Virus record (IMG/VR): IMGVR_UViG_3300008267_000038
Span: 1 to 64,000 of that record
From: an uncultured virus (IMG/VR IMGVR_UViG_3300008267_000038)
Lineage: Duplodnaviria > Heunggongvirae > Uroviricota > Caudoviricetes
Length of the DNA stretch: 64,000 nt
Strand: one strand, 5' to 3'
Part shown: piece by piece, positions 1 through 9,414 of the stretch
How the letters are laid out: the number at the start of each line of letters is the position of its first letter
How positions within the stretch are numbered: position 1 is the first letter of the stretch
Made by a program: the position numbers and the translations under genes
The notes under the pieces: model-generated
Told to the model about the DNA's origin: nothing
The model's input: only the letters and a program-made list of their open reading frames with translations
The model's database searches: none

Positions 1-903
1 GGTAGCCGCCTCAACCCACGTCGTCGTTGCGTTCGTGGGAGTCGGGGAAGCATCATCGCCACCCACAAAGACCGTCGTGCCTCGCAGGTACGCCTTTGTG
101 GTCGTCGCCACCGTTCCCATCGTGAGCGTGGTCGATCCAACACCGACGTTCACGGTGTTGCCAGCCAGAGCCGTCGTCACCGTACCAGCCGTCGTGTTGC
201 CGACCGTGACGGTGGCCGAGTTTGCGGTCGTCGTACCAACGCTGATCGCGGACGTGTTCGTGTCGTTTCCGACACCCACCGTGTTGCCGTGGATGTTCGT
301 CGCAACCGCGCCGCCGACGAAAGACGATGCGTTACCTACCTGAACGGTCGCGGTAGCGTCCGTGACGCTACCGACGCTGATCGTGGTCGTGTCGGAGTCG
401 TTACCCACCCCGACCGTGTTGCCGTGGATGTTCGTCGCAATCGTGCCGCCCCACGCGGCGAAACCCAGTTGAATCAATGCGTTGTTAGCGACCGTGTTAC
501 CGATCCAGATGGCCGTTGTATCGTCGTCATTACCAATGGCAACCGTGTTGCCGTGGATGATCGTATCGACCGTGCCACCGGGAGGCGCGTTGCCTAGCTG
601 GATGGTAGCGGTCGTGGAAGTCTGGCCCAAGAGGCCGATACGGATGTTGGAGCCACGGATTTCGGTGTCCGAGGCGACCCTGCCCATCGTCAGAGCCGTC
701 TGCGACACCGTACCGATGTCGAGAGCGCCCGTGGAATCGAACCACGGCGACAAGACCTGTGTGGAGGCGAACAACACCGAGACGCTGGTGATGCCCGTAC
801 CAGCCCCCGAGGGAGCCAGCAGGGCGTTGGCAGGCACCGTAGAGGCAGGGAGTCGGCCCGCCCCCGGTTGAACGATCTGGTTAGGGTCTGAGTTGATAGG
901 CAT
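1..903 (-). CDS. Putative tail fibre / beta-helical repeat protein, runs off the left edge
   Basis: Absent from the ORF track because it has no stop in the window. My translation from ATG 903 is MPINSDPNQIVQPGAGRLP... and stays open to base 1. It has three ~43-aa repeats containing IHGNTV(A/G)(I/V)GND and is T/G/V/N-rich. Confidence 0.7.
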   Translation of the reverse strand, partial: MPINSDPNQIVQPGAGRLPASTVPANALLAPSGAGTGITSVSVLFASTQVLSPWFDSTGALDIGTVSQTALTMGRVASDTEIRGSNIRIGLLGQTSTTATIQLGNAPPGGTVDTIIHGNTVAIGNDDDTTAIWIGNTVANNALIQLGFAAWGGTIATNIHGNTVGVGNDSDTTTISVGSVTDATATVQVGNASSFVGGAVATNIHGNTVGVGNDTNTSAISVGTTTANSATVTVGNTTAGTVTTALAGNTVNVGVGSTTLTMGTVATTTKAYLRGTTVFVGGDDASPTPTNATTTWVEAAT

Positions 904-910
904 TACGTCC

Positions 911-3130
911 TCACGCCCGCTTGTTCAGAAGGTTGCCCTTGATGTGGAAAACACAGGCCGTCGTCGTGTTGCTGTTGGGGTCGGGGTTGAAGAACACCCC
1001 GTTGGTCTTGTCAAAGATCGCCGCACGAACCAGCAGCACCATCACAAGCTGCCCCTTGCGACCAAAGAAAACCGAACCGCCCGCCGCGTCATCCGGCAAC
1101 TCGGCCAAGAAGGCCAAGAAGTTGCGGTGCCGCTTCGCATCCGTGAGAGGCTGCGAGTAGGCGTTGGGGTCATAGAAGGAGGCCGTCGCCACGGGGTAGA
1201 AGGTGCGATCCTCGACATCGACGTGACCCGCAACCCGCTCGAACGACACTTCCTGCGGGCTGGGGGTGTAACCAACGTAGATGGGGAGCCGCAGGAGGCC
1301 CGTCGAAGCGTTGAACTCCGAGGTATAGACCTTGCCACCAGCCGACAACTCGTGGTCGCCGTTGAAGGTGCCCGTAGCCGTAGGGTAGATGCCACCGATC
1401 TGCGTGAACGCCGAAGGGTACGGGTATGCGGTGTCGAGCGATCCCGAACCGACCGTCAGAACGTGCAGGAAGTTCTCAATGAAGCGGGGCGTCACCGTCA
1501 ACGGGTTGGGAAGGCTCGCTTCCTTGCCGGTCTGCGGGTACCGAGACTCGTAGGGGATGTTGACTTGGATGGTGTTGGCCTGCACGGGCCGTAGCGGCGT
1601 GTACTGAACGACAATGGTGTGGCCTGCCGTCAACGCTGACGGGAACGTGAGGATGGTGCCGTCACTCGAAAGCGTCGGCGTGGCACCCACACCGTTGACC
1701 GTGACGGTCCCGATGCTGACCGCTCGTTCCGGCAAACGTTGGGTGGTCGCGGCCACCGCGATCATCGTGTAGGCAGCCACCACGGGATGCTGGGCTTGTA
1801 GCCGGATGCCTCGGTGGGCCGTATCGTAATCGCTGCTCAACGTCACGCCTGGCAACGCCGAAGGGTTGTTGATCGAAACCGACGACGCATAGGTGTTGGT
1901 CGGGGTGCGGGACAACCCTAGCCCTGCGGGGTACTCGACGACGAGATCAATGAACAGGCGCTCGTTCGTGAGGCCGATTGCAGGGAGGCTCGTGAACGTA
2001 AAGGTGGGGGCGACAATCGGGAAGGTGCCGAGGTTCGTGATGGGGCCAACGTAGTCCTCGGCGCTGTAGTTGGCTTTCTTGCCAGCCACCTCACCGACCC
2101 ACCTCATGTTCGTGACATCCACGAGGATGCCGCCCGCCGGGTTGCAGTTCAACCAGTTGAAGGCGCTCGCCCCATAGACAGGCAGGGACGTTGGGTCGAT
2201 GGTGATGGCGTCTCCGACCGTCCACGATCCACCAGGGGCACTATAGACGACCGTGATGATCTCGGTGTTGGGCTTGTCGGTGAAGAACCGCCGCACGCTG
2301 TCAAACTGGCCGATGAAGTTGCCACCGTCCGTGTAACCCGTGACGTTTGGAATGGTGCCCGGCTGCACGCCGATCTCGTCACAGGTCAGGACCGTGGCTC
2401 CGAAGTACCCACCGCCCTTGACGGTAGCGCCCCACTCCGTCCGAAGATTGTTGTCGAGGAGCAAGCCAAGGTTACGCGCCAGAACCTCTTGGTAGTTCCA
2501 GCCGGTCGGACTGACACCCCTGCGAAGGTCGATGATGTCTCGGGCGTCCACGACGTCCGCAAACAAGCCGTCGGGCCGCCCCGAGATACCAGACGAGAAG
2601 ATGCCTGCCCCGTTGTGGTTGGAGAGACGGTCATAGACCGTGCTGTTGCGGCGCACCACTCCCACGAGTGGTACCGCGTACATGAAGCCGTCCACGGTAC
2701 CAAGGTCCGTCTGTGCGGTACCCGAACCGTCACCCGCTACCCAGAGGCCCGAGTCTCCTGCGGACGATTGATTGAAGTAAGTATAGGAGATCAGCGAAGT
2801 GCCATCCGGCACACCAGCCGAGGCCGGAACCGTGCTGGCCGTAACAGTCGGATCGTCCATGCCCTCGGGGTACGTTTCGAGGTCCACGTTGGGGATGACC
2901 CGTAGGCGGTACTGAATCTGGACCCGTTTGGTTGTCTCGGCCCCCACGTTGGTATCGAGGAGGTCATCATCCAGCGTGTACGGGTTGACGTCTAACGTGA
3001 CCTTCACGTTACCGTTCGACCAGATGCGGGTCAGGCCGCTCTTACCGTCGCCCGTCGCCGCCGAGATGAGTCGCCGCCAGACCTCAAGGATCACTAGGTC
3101 GGTTCGCCTTGCCCCAAGCCCCACGGGCAT
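911..3130 (-). CDS. Baseplate/tail-fibre-associated virion protein, C-terminal part of an apparently split gene
   Basis: 739-aa ORF. RTDLVILEVW and ETTKRVQIQYRLRV resemble DUF6519/DUF4815-type baseplate-fibre proteins. It also has RPDGLFAD..DIIDLR and a T/V/P-rich beta-type C-terminus. Confidence 0.6.
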   Translation of the reverse strand: MPVGLGARRTDLVILEVWRRLISAATGDGKSGLTRIWSNGNVKVTLDVNPYTLDDDLLDTNVGAETTKRVQIQYRLRVIPNVDLETYPEGMDDPTVTASTVPASAGVPDGTSLISYTYFNQSSAGDSGLWVAGDGSGTAQTDLGTVDGFMYAVPLVGVVRRNSTVYDRLSNHNGAGIFSSGISGRPDGLFADVVDARDIIDLRRGVSPTGWNYQEVLARNLGLLLDNNLRTEWGATVKGGGYFGATVLTCDEIGVQPGTIPNVTGYTDGGNFIGQFDSVRRFFTDKPNTEIITVVYSAPGGSWTVGDAITIDPTSLPVYGASAFNWLNCNPAGGILVDVTNMRWVGEVAGKKANYSAEDYVGPITNLGTFPIVAPTFTFTSLPAIGLTNERLFIDLVVEYPAGLGLSRTPTNTYASSVSINNPSALPGVTLSSDYDTAHRGIRLQAQHPVVAAYTMIAVAATTQRLPERAVSIGTVTVNGVGATPTLSSDGTILTFPSALTAGHTIVVQYTPLRPVQANTIQVNIPYESRYPQTGKEASLPNPLTVTPRFIENFLHVLTVGSGSLDTAYPYPSAFTQIGGIYPTATGTFNGDHELSAGGKVYTSEFNASTGLLRLPIYVGYTPSPQEVSFERVAGHVDVEDRTFYPVATASFYDPNAYSQPLTDAKRHRNFLAFLAELPDDAAGGSVFFGRKGQLVMVLLVRAAIFDKTNGVFFNPDPNSNTTTACVFHIKGNLLNKRA

Positions 3131-3338
3131 CGGACGTCCCCAGAAAGTCAGTAGCGATCCAGCCCGAAGGCATCAGTTGGCGTAGGGCTGCCTGAGTCAG
3201 ACCGCCCGCCAAGTCGCCACCAAGGTTCAGTTCCTTGTCGAGGACCGGCTTGCCCGCCTGATAGACGGGCGTTTCCCAATTTCGCCCCGAGGGGTCAAGG
3301 TAGCCACTGACGGCAGGGCCGTAGTTCTTGCTGCTCAT
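3084..3338 (-). CDS. N-terminal part of the same baseplate/fibre protein
   Basis: 84-aa ORF with a GAGGA RBS. VYQAGKPVLDKELN matches the Q.G..(V/L)..D.E.N N-terminal motif of that family. It overlaps 911..3130 in another frame. Confidence 0.55.
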   Translation of the reverse strand: MSSKNYGPAVSGYLDPSGRNWETPVYQAGKPVLDKELNLGGDLAGGLTQAALRQLMPSGWIATDFLGTSDARGAWGKANRPSDP

Positions 3339-3360
3339 AGGGTGATCCTCTCGGCCCGTA

Positions 3361-4005
3361 CTAGAAGGTCAAGCGCCACACAATCGTCATCGTGGAGGTC
3401 GGAGGCTTGCTGATGACGGGAAACGTCAGGTAGTTGATGAGCGTTTCCTTGGTGGTGAGGACCACGGTGGCGTCGTAGGTGCCGTTCGCGGGCGTCACAG
3501 GGTTCTTGATGGCGAGGTTCGACGACACGTTGCCGCCCACCAGACCCATCTCACAGAGGGGGCCGACGGCCTCCGACTCCGTAAAGGTGGTGGTGAAGTC
3601 CACCACGTTCGTGGGGTACCCGACAGGGATGCCGCCCGAGTTGATGAACTGTGTGTTTGCAAAAGTCTTGCGGGCGATCTCACTGTAGAGGGATCGCTGC
3701 GTGTTGGTGGGGGCCGGTGGCGACAAGACGCTCCAACCGGCGTCACCCGTACCTACCGCGAGACAGAAGGCACCGAAGGGTGCCTCCGAGTTGTCCTTGA
3801 GAAGTCGGGCCAAAAGGATGCTGGCATCCTTGACGACGAGATTTCGATGCTCGCGGCGCTCCACGAGGTCACCCGAGGTCCCGTCCCGCAACTCCACGGT
3901 GACGTCACCCCTGATGTAGTACCCCTTGGGTTCTTCCACGCGGCTGACGAGGTTGAGGGAGAGACGGGACTCTTGGGCGGTCGGCAGCGACTCAACACTC
4001 TTCAT
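3361..4005 (-). CDS. Tail-collar/fibre-attachment protein (P2 gpH N-terminal-like)
   Basis: Motifs NLVV, LAVGTG, L.SEIARK, EAVGPLCEMGL and FPVISK...IVWRLTF. AGGAG RBS. Confidence 0.65.
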   Translation of the reverse strand: MKSVESLPTAQESRLSLNLVSRVEEPKGYYIRGDVTVELRDGTSGDLVERREHRNLVVKDASILLARLLKDNSEAPFGAFCLAVGTGDAGWSVLSPPAPTNTQRSLYSEIARKTFANTQFINSGGIPVGYPTNVVDFTTTFTESEAVGPLCEMGLVGGNVSSNLAIKNPVTPANGTYDATVVLTTKETLINYLTFPVISKPPTSTMTIVWRLTF

Positions 4006-4056
4006 CTGGTTCTCCTGTTCATCTTGGGTGGGGCCATAAGTGGAAGTGCGACCCCC

Positions 4057-5235
4057 TTACGGCTCCAAGTTGATGTGCGACGGTGTAGGTACCACAGGAA
4101 TAAGGTTGTTGGCGGTGATAAACGGAGCGTGCCCAGCCGCCGCAGGGACACCGAGTTCCCAATAGGTGTTGTTGAGGAACGCCACCTGCGCGGGGTCCCA
4201 AGTCAAAAAGTAGGCGTCGGCTGGCCCGTCCTCGGGAACGGGCATCGTTTCCGTGCGGAGATCGTCCACCGTGATGGTGGCCTCCATGAGACGCGGAAAG
4301 GCTGCCCACAGCACTACCCCTGGGCCATTGAGGAGACGAGGCGATACCCCCGACTGCCAAGTGTAGAGGGGGAAGGGGTCGAGGACGGCCGGAAACTCAT
4401 AGGTGTCATATGCGGCCGTGCAGACATCCACGCTCTGCACCTCGATGGCAGAGTTGGCGATAGGGGCTTCAAGGGCGGGGCTGAAAAACACCTGTCCGAG
4501 AGGAGTGCCGAACAACCCTCCCTGCACCTCGCCGGTAAACCGAGACAGCGGTACCGTCACGGTGAGGTCTGGGTTGACCCATTGGAAGGTCGCCGTTCGA
4601 GGGATCAGGGACAAAAACCCTGTCGTCACCACCTGGTTACTGACCTCGACGATGTTCCACTCCGTCGTCGAAAGGTCGCTGGCAACCCGCAACACCAACG
4701 AGGTCGGGCTGCCTGGCTGCTCCTGTGTGACCTCTTGAACGACGTTGAAAACCCCTGCGACGTCCTTCACGGCATAGCTGGCGACGTCAAGCAGAGCGGC
4801 GTTCACCTGCATGGGCCGAACGAAGATGAGGCGCAGCCGTCGCGGACCCACGGCAACCGCCGTAAAACACGGCTCCGTACTGTACCCCGTGAAGATGGCC
4901 GACCTGTGCTGCCCATCCAAAGGGATGTTCGAGAGGGTGAGCAGCGAATCGACCACCACCGTGTAAAGCTGGTAGGACTGAACAGAGGTGTAGAGATACA
5001 GGGAGGCTGGGCTAAGGGGATCGGGTACGACACGATTGATGGTCAGCCCGGCAATCGTGTAGTTGGACGGCTGGAAAGTTGCTGGGTAGGTCGGATCGAG
5101 GTTGTCATCGAAGGTCAGCCGCACCACATAGGGGTTGACGGCCTCCGCAGCGATGAGCCGGAAGGTAGTGGTGGCGATGCCGCCGTAGGTGCCGGTGCCG
5201 TATGGCCCCGTGCCGAAGTAGCCGACAACAGGCAT
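4057..5235 (-). CDS. Virion structural protein with two Ig-like repeats
   Basis: 392 aa. Two similar beta-rich units (AEAVNPYVVRLTFDD / AVAVGPRRLRLIFVR). The N-terminal PYG.GTYGG motif is shared with the neighbouring gene. Confidence 0.5.
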   Translation of the reverse strand: MPVVGYFGTGPYGTGTYGGIATTTFRLIAAEAVNPYVVRLTFDDNLDPTYPATFQPSNYTIAGLTINRVVPDPLSPASLYLYTSVQSYQLYTVVVDSLLTLSNIPLDGQHRSAIFTGYSTEPCFTAVAVGPRRLRLIFVRPMQVNAALLDVASYAVKDVAGVFNVVQEVTQEQPGSPTSLVLRVASDLSTTEWNIVEVSNQVVTTGFLSLIPRTATFQWVNPDLTVTVPLSRFTGEVQGGLFGTPLGQVFFSPALEAPIANSAIEVQSVDVCTAAYDTYEFPAVLDPFPLYTWQSGVSPRLLNGPGVVLWAAFPRLMEATITVDDLRTETMPVPEDGPADAYFLTWDPAQVAFLNNTYWELGVPAAAGHAPFITANNLIPVVPTPSHINLEP

Positions 5236-5238
5236 CGT

Positions 5239-8200
5239 TTAGCTCACAACCGTCACGGTGACGGTGTTGTGGGACGGGTTTCGGACGATCTGGTAAGTGT
5301 GGTACGCCCCGTCAAGGAAGTCGAAGGGGATGCCTGCCAGCACACGTTGGGCGTTGAGGTCCACCACCGCGACGTACCGCTCTCCCGAAGGCAGGGTCTT
5401 GAACGCTAGGGCGACCGTCATACCAATCGCTGAAAAACCAAGCCTGATCTGGGAGTCACCCAACCCGTAGGTACCGTCCTGCTCGACTCGGATGCGGAAC
5501 GACACACGGGTAGAGAGGCTCGGAGAGTCGGTGAGAGGGGTGTTGTTCCGATAGATCGTCCTCGTGCCCGTCGCATCCGTGCCGTAGTTCAAGTGCAGGT
5601 AGGTCGCCTGCCGTGTGACGTGTGCGGCGTCGTCCGATGCCATCGTCCAAGGGGTAGGCTGGTTGGCGGCGTCCTCGGGCAGCGTCGTCCCGTCGTAGGA
5701 GAGGCAGACTTCCTTCTGCCACTCGAACGAGTAGTGGTGGAAGCTGTCTTGGTCGGTGAAGGGCGCGATCTTGTTGGGCTGGCCGGTAGTCTGCTCGATG
5801 ACCTCAAGGCTGTTGTAGAGGACATCATCGGGCACGAGCAGTCGCCACACCGACGTACCATCGTTGAACTTGAAGTCGCCGTCCACGTTCATGACGTCCT
5901 CGGCACGGTTGAAGGCCGAGAGGAAGCGGCGGTACGGCGTGGGGACTCGGACCTCCGAAGTCTGTGTGCGCGGGTAGAGGGGCGTGTCCTCGTTTAGCTT
6001 CGTGTACGCCTCAAGGGCAGGGTTGCGGAAAACGTCGTCCGTGCCCTGCGGAGGGATACCCGTGCTGCTCGACCAGAAGTTCGTGTGGGGGTGCGGGATG
6101 TTGGTCCGAAGATGCTCGGGACTCGCCATCACGTTCCGCTGGTTCATGTTCTGGTGATGCGGGACGATGCGAAGTTCGTTGGGCGATCTCGTGATCCCAT
6201 AGCGAACATAGTCCCACGCCGACGAGGATAGGCGCGTGGGGTCGAAGGCTCCCCAACAGATGCTCGGGAGGCCGCCAGCCAGTTGCCGAGGGATGCCAAC
6301 CGCGCTGTCGGGAAGGTCAACGTTGTTGTAGCCGACCGAGATGAAGGGTTCTGGGTCGGCATCTTGGATGACCGTCACGGCCCCTGCGGGCGTTCGAGCG
6401 ATCTTGTAGTTGTGGGCGGTACGCCAATCCGTCTGCAACGGAACTCGGAAACTCACCGTGCTGGGCTGCAACGCCACCACACGGTCGAGCGACAGGGCGT
6501 TCGAGGCTACCGAGAGGATACCGTACACCCCCTTGTTGGGGCCGTCGTCGATGATGAGGTCATCCCCTGCCACCAGTGAAGGGGGAGGCAGGGTCGGAAG
6601 CGTCACGGTACTGCCCTGCACGGTGACGTTGCGGTAAGACGCCTTGAGCGGGAGGTGGTAGCCGATGAGACTGTCGGAGTCCTGCCCGCGCCACAACCCC
6701 ACATAGAACTTCTGGTCCGACCAGAGCCGCCACGCATTGACGTAATGCCAATCTGTCGTGCTGACCGCTTGGTTGCTGGAAGGCACCGCAGAACCAAACG
6801 ACAGAACGCCTGTCAGACCTCCCCCAGAGGGCGCGGCAAAGGCCGTGTAGGGAAGGATACCCAGCAGCCCTTGGTCGGCAAACAGCGTGACGTTGCCCCC
6901 AATCTTTGCCACTCGGTAGATGTGTGGCTCGCCGTCCCCCCACTCGAACGGGTACCCCGCCAACACCGTACCGTCTGAGTGGAAGGCCACCTCGCGGACG
7001 CCACCGTTGACTCGCAACAAGACCCCGAGGGTACGCTGGCCGTCGTAGGCGTCCGCAGACACCCCGCAGAAGCCCACCCCGTCTGCCGTGTAGGAGTGAA
7101 CGTGGCAGCGGAACTCCACCATGTAATCGTTGGAGGCACCGATGACGCGCTCATCCGACGTGAAGGGGGCAACGTCGTCCACATAGTAGACGAGGCCGCT
7201 TGTCGCCTGCGTGTCGGTGATGCGGAGGACTCGGCCAACCATCTGTGAGGAGGCCGTACCCATCTGGGACCACGGCGTGGGTGCCCACTCGGTCGGGAAA
7301 CTACGGCCACCGTACCCAAGAATGGGAGCAGCCTTGCTGGTGAGAAACGAGAGTTGTGTGAGACGGGTACCATCGTCAATCGCCACCATCACGGCATTGG
7401 GGGCCACCCCATGCGTGTAGGTGTACCCTTGGACGGAGACATCGAGGATGACGTCCGATGAAACCTCCAAGAGAGGCTCGATCCGCATGAGGCCACGGAA
7501 GTCACCCCCAACAAGCCCTGCTTTCTCGACGGTCGCTGCGTCGGTGGCGCTCGTTGAGCCGATAAGGACGAACTGTGAGGAGAGAATCGTCTCTGTCCCG
7601 TGGTAGCCCACGGGCGTCCAAGGGAAGGCCGCTTCCTCGGGGTGATCGTTGCCCTCGTAGCTTACAAAGACGCTAGGTGCCGTCTGGAGGGGGTTGGTAG
7701 GAAGCACTTGGTAACGGACGAAGTTCCACGCCGAAGTGTTGGTGGCGGCCCGACCAAGCGAACCCCAGAACACCTGCTGGACCTCGTTGAAGGGCGCAGG
7801 GACGTCCTCAAGGAAAGGTAGATCGTCCTCGTGAACCTTGAGGATTTCCACCACCTCGCCGTCGATGTAGAGCCGAACAATGCCGTCGCGGCCTCGGAAG
7901 ATGCGGTAGCTGCGAGGGAGCGACCAATCGAGCGTAGCGGGCGCGTTCGTAGCGTCCCCGTTCGTGTCGATGCCGCCCGTCCATGCCGCAGCGTCATCCG
8001 GCGTGTCAGCGTAGTCCTTCCGCAGGAAACCCACCTTCTTGATACCGCCGACTTCAACGAAGCCCACCAGCATGGCTCGAAGGTCCGTAGAGTACCCCGC
8101 CGCCAACCCAGACCACACCCCTTGGTAGAGGGTGGCGGTTGCCGACTCGATGCTCCACGCCAACGCAAAAGCATGGGGGAACGTCTGGTCGAGCCGCCGC

Positions 8201-9402
8201 CGCCAAAAGAGCGGGTTGCCGTTCGGGAACACACCCGCAGACGTTTTCTGAACGACGAGGTTGGAAGCCGTCAGAGTAGTTGAGCCAGACCCTATCCGCT
8301 CCCACGGGTAGTAGATGTCGTTCTCTGGTAGCCCCGTCGGGGAGTACGAGATGAACTGCGAGGTGACGGTCCGCTCAAGGGGCGGGTAGGCGATCCTGTG
8401 GGTAGGGGTGTTGAACACCAAGAGGTTGGGATCGTTGAAGATCGCCGTGTAGGCCCGCTCGTAGGCTCGGTAATGCAACTCACGCTGGGTGGGTTGCTCC
8501 GATGCGGCGGGCACAACGTTGTCGAGGTCCAGCAGCGTCCAAGACGTGTAGGGTCCGACCAGACCGGCCAACGTCACCTGTAGGCTGGTGGTCGATAGGA
8601 TTGCCCCCACTTGCCTGTAGGTCGTGCCCGTTGTCCCCTGCAACGCCAAAGTGAGGCCGACGAACCCACTCAGTAGTGAGGCGCTCGTGAGCGTCACGGT
8701 GTCGGGGGCCGTCACCGTCACACCCGTACCCTGTTGGATGGTGCGGCTGGCCCTGTAGGAGGATGGCTCCAGCAGGACGTTGTTGTATCGGTAGGTGTGG
8801 TTTGTACCCGCGTTGGGTCGCCCGATGTCATGGTTCCAGCCGTTGAACTTGAACTCACGGGAGTTCAACCGCGTCACATCGACGGTGGGGTTACGAACCC
8901 ACGAGTAGTCCACCTCAACGTGATCGCCCGACGCCAAAGGGCTGGGCATGACGATCTGCCCCAGCAGCCCATAGACGGCATCTGGGGCCACGGGGGTACC
9001 GTTCACCCGTACCGTCACATGGCTGGGCTGGTCAGCGATCTGCCCTGTGCGAGCATCATAGACCCGCCACGATGTCGCAGGCGTGTCGGGGAGCGAGAAG
9101 CTGGCTCGCAACTTGAGTCGGTTCGAGGAGGGAACGCCGAGGATCAGATAATCGCCGTCGTGCTTGCCCGACCCCGTGAGGTTTAGGTACTGGCCGACAA
9201 GGCTGGCCGAGAACTGCCCGCCGCTAACCTGCACGGTGTCATAAGACACGAAGGTTGCCGTGCTGCCCTGCAAGAGGGTGAGGGGCGGCTTGGCGATGGG
9301 TCCCTTGTCGGTGAACACCGAACGGGCATAGGGGGGTTCACCCGGTGGCCCGCCACCGTATGTCCCTGCGCCGTATGGTTCGTACCCGTAGCCTGTTGGC
9401 AC
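5239..9402 (-). CDS. Large virion protein with repeated lectin/LamG-like beta-sandwich domains
   Basis: 1387 aa, GTG start. Four internal repeats of SY.G...P....PW followed by (D/E)W.....YR(I/V).(R/K). Confidence 0.55.
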   Translation of the reverse strand: MPTGYGYEPYGAGTYGGGPPGEPPYARSVFTDKGPIAKPPLTLLQGSTATFVSYDTVQVSGGQFSASLVGQYLNLTGSGKHDGDYLILGVPSSNRLKLRASFSLPDTPATSWRVYDARTGQIADQPSHVTVRVNGTPVAPDAVYGLLGQIVMPSPLASGDHVEVDYSWVRNPTVDVTRLNSREFKFNGWNHDIGRPNAGTNHTYRYNNVLLEPSSYRASRTIQQGTGVTVTAPDTVTLTSASLLSGFVGLTLALQGTTGTTYRQVGAILSTTSLQVTLAGLVGPYTSWTLLDLDNVVPAASEQPTQRELHYRAYERAYTAIFNDPNLLVFNTPTHRIAYPPLERTVTSQFISYSPTGLPENDIYYPWERIGSGSTTLTASNLVVQKTSAGVFPNGNPLFWRRRLDQTFPHAFALAWSIESATATLYQGVWSGLAAGYSTDLRAMLVGFVEVGGIKKVGFLRKDYADTPDDAAAWTGGIDTNGDATNAPATLDWSLPRSYRIFRGRDGIVRLYIDGEVVEILKVHEDDLPFLEDVPAPFNEVQQVFWGSLGRAATNTSAWNFVRYQVLPTNPLQTAPSVFVSYEGNDHPEEAAFPWTPVGYHGTETILSSQFVLIGSTSATDAATVEKAGLVGGDFRGLMRIEPLLEVSSDVILDVSVQGYTYTHGVAPNAVMVAIDDGTRLTQLSFLTSKAAPILGYGGRSFPTEWAPTPWSQMGTASSQMVGRVLRITDTQATSGLVYYVDDVAPFTSDERVIGASNDYMVEFRCHVHSYTADGVGFCGVSADAYDGQRTLGVLLRVNGGVREVAFHSDGTVLAGYPFEWGDGEPHIYRVAKIGGNVTLFADQGLLGILPYTAFAAPSGGGLTGVLSFGSAVPSSNQAVSTTDWHYVNAWRLWSDQKFYVGLWRGQDSDSLIGYHLPLKASYRNVTVQGSTVTLPTLPPPSLVAGDDLIIDDGPNKGVYGILSVASNALSLDRVVALQPSTVSFRVPLQTDWRTAHNYKIARTPAGAVTVIQDADPEPFISVGYNNVDLPDSAVGIPRQLAGGLPSICWGAFDPTRLSSSAWDYVRYGITRSPNELRIVPHHQNMNQRNVMASPEHLRTNIPHPHTNFWSSSTGIPPQGTDDVFRNPALEAYTKLNEDTPLYPRTQTSEVRVPTPYRRFLSAFNRAEDVMNVDGDFKFNDGTSVWRLLVPDDVLYNSLEVIEQTTGQPNKIAPFTDQDSFHHYSFEWQKEVCLSYDGTTLPEDAANQPTPWTMASDDAAHVTRQATYLHLNYGTDATGTRTIYRNNTPLTDSPSLSTRVSFRIRVEQDGTYGLGDSQIRLGFSAIGMTVALAFKTLPSGERYVAVVDLNAQRVLAGIPFDFLDGAYHTYQIVRNPSHNTVTVTVVS

Positions 9403-9414
9403 GATGAGCCTCGC

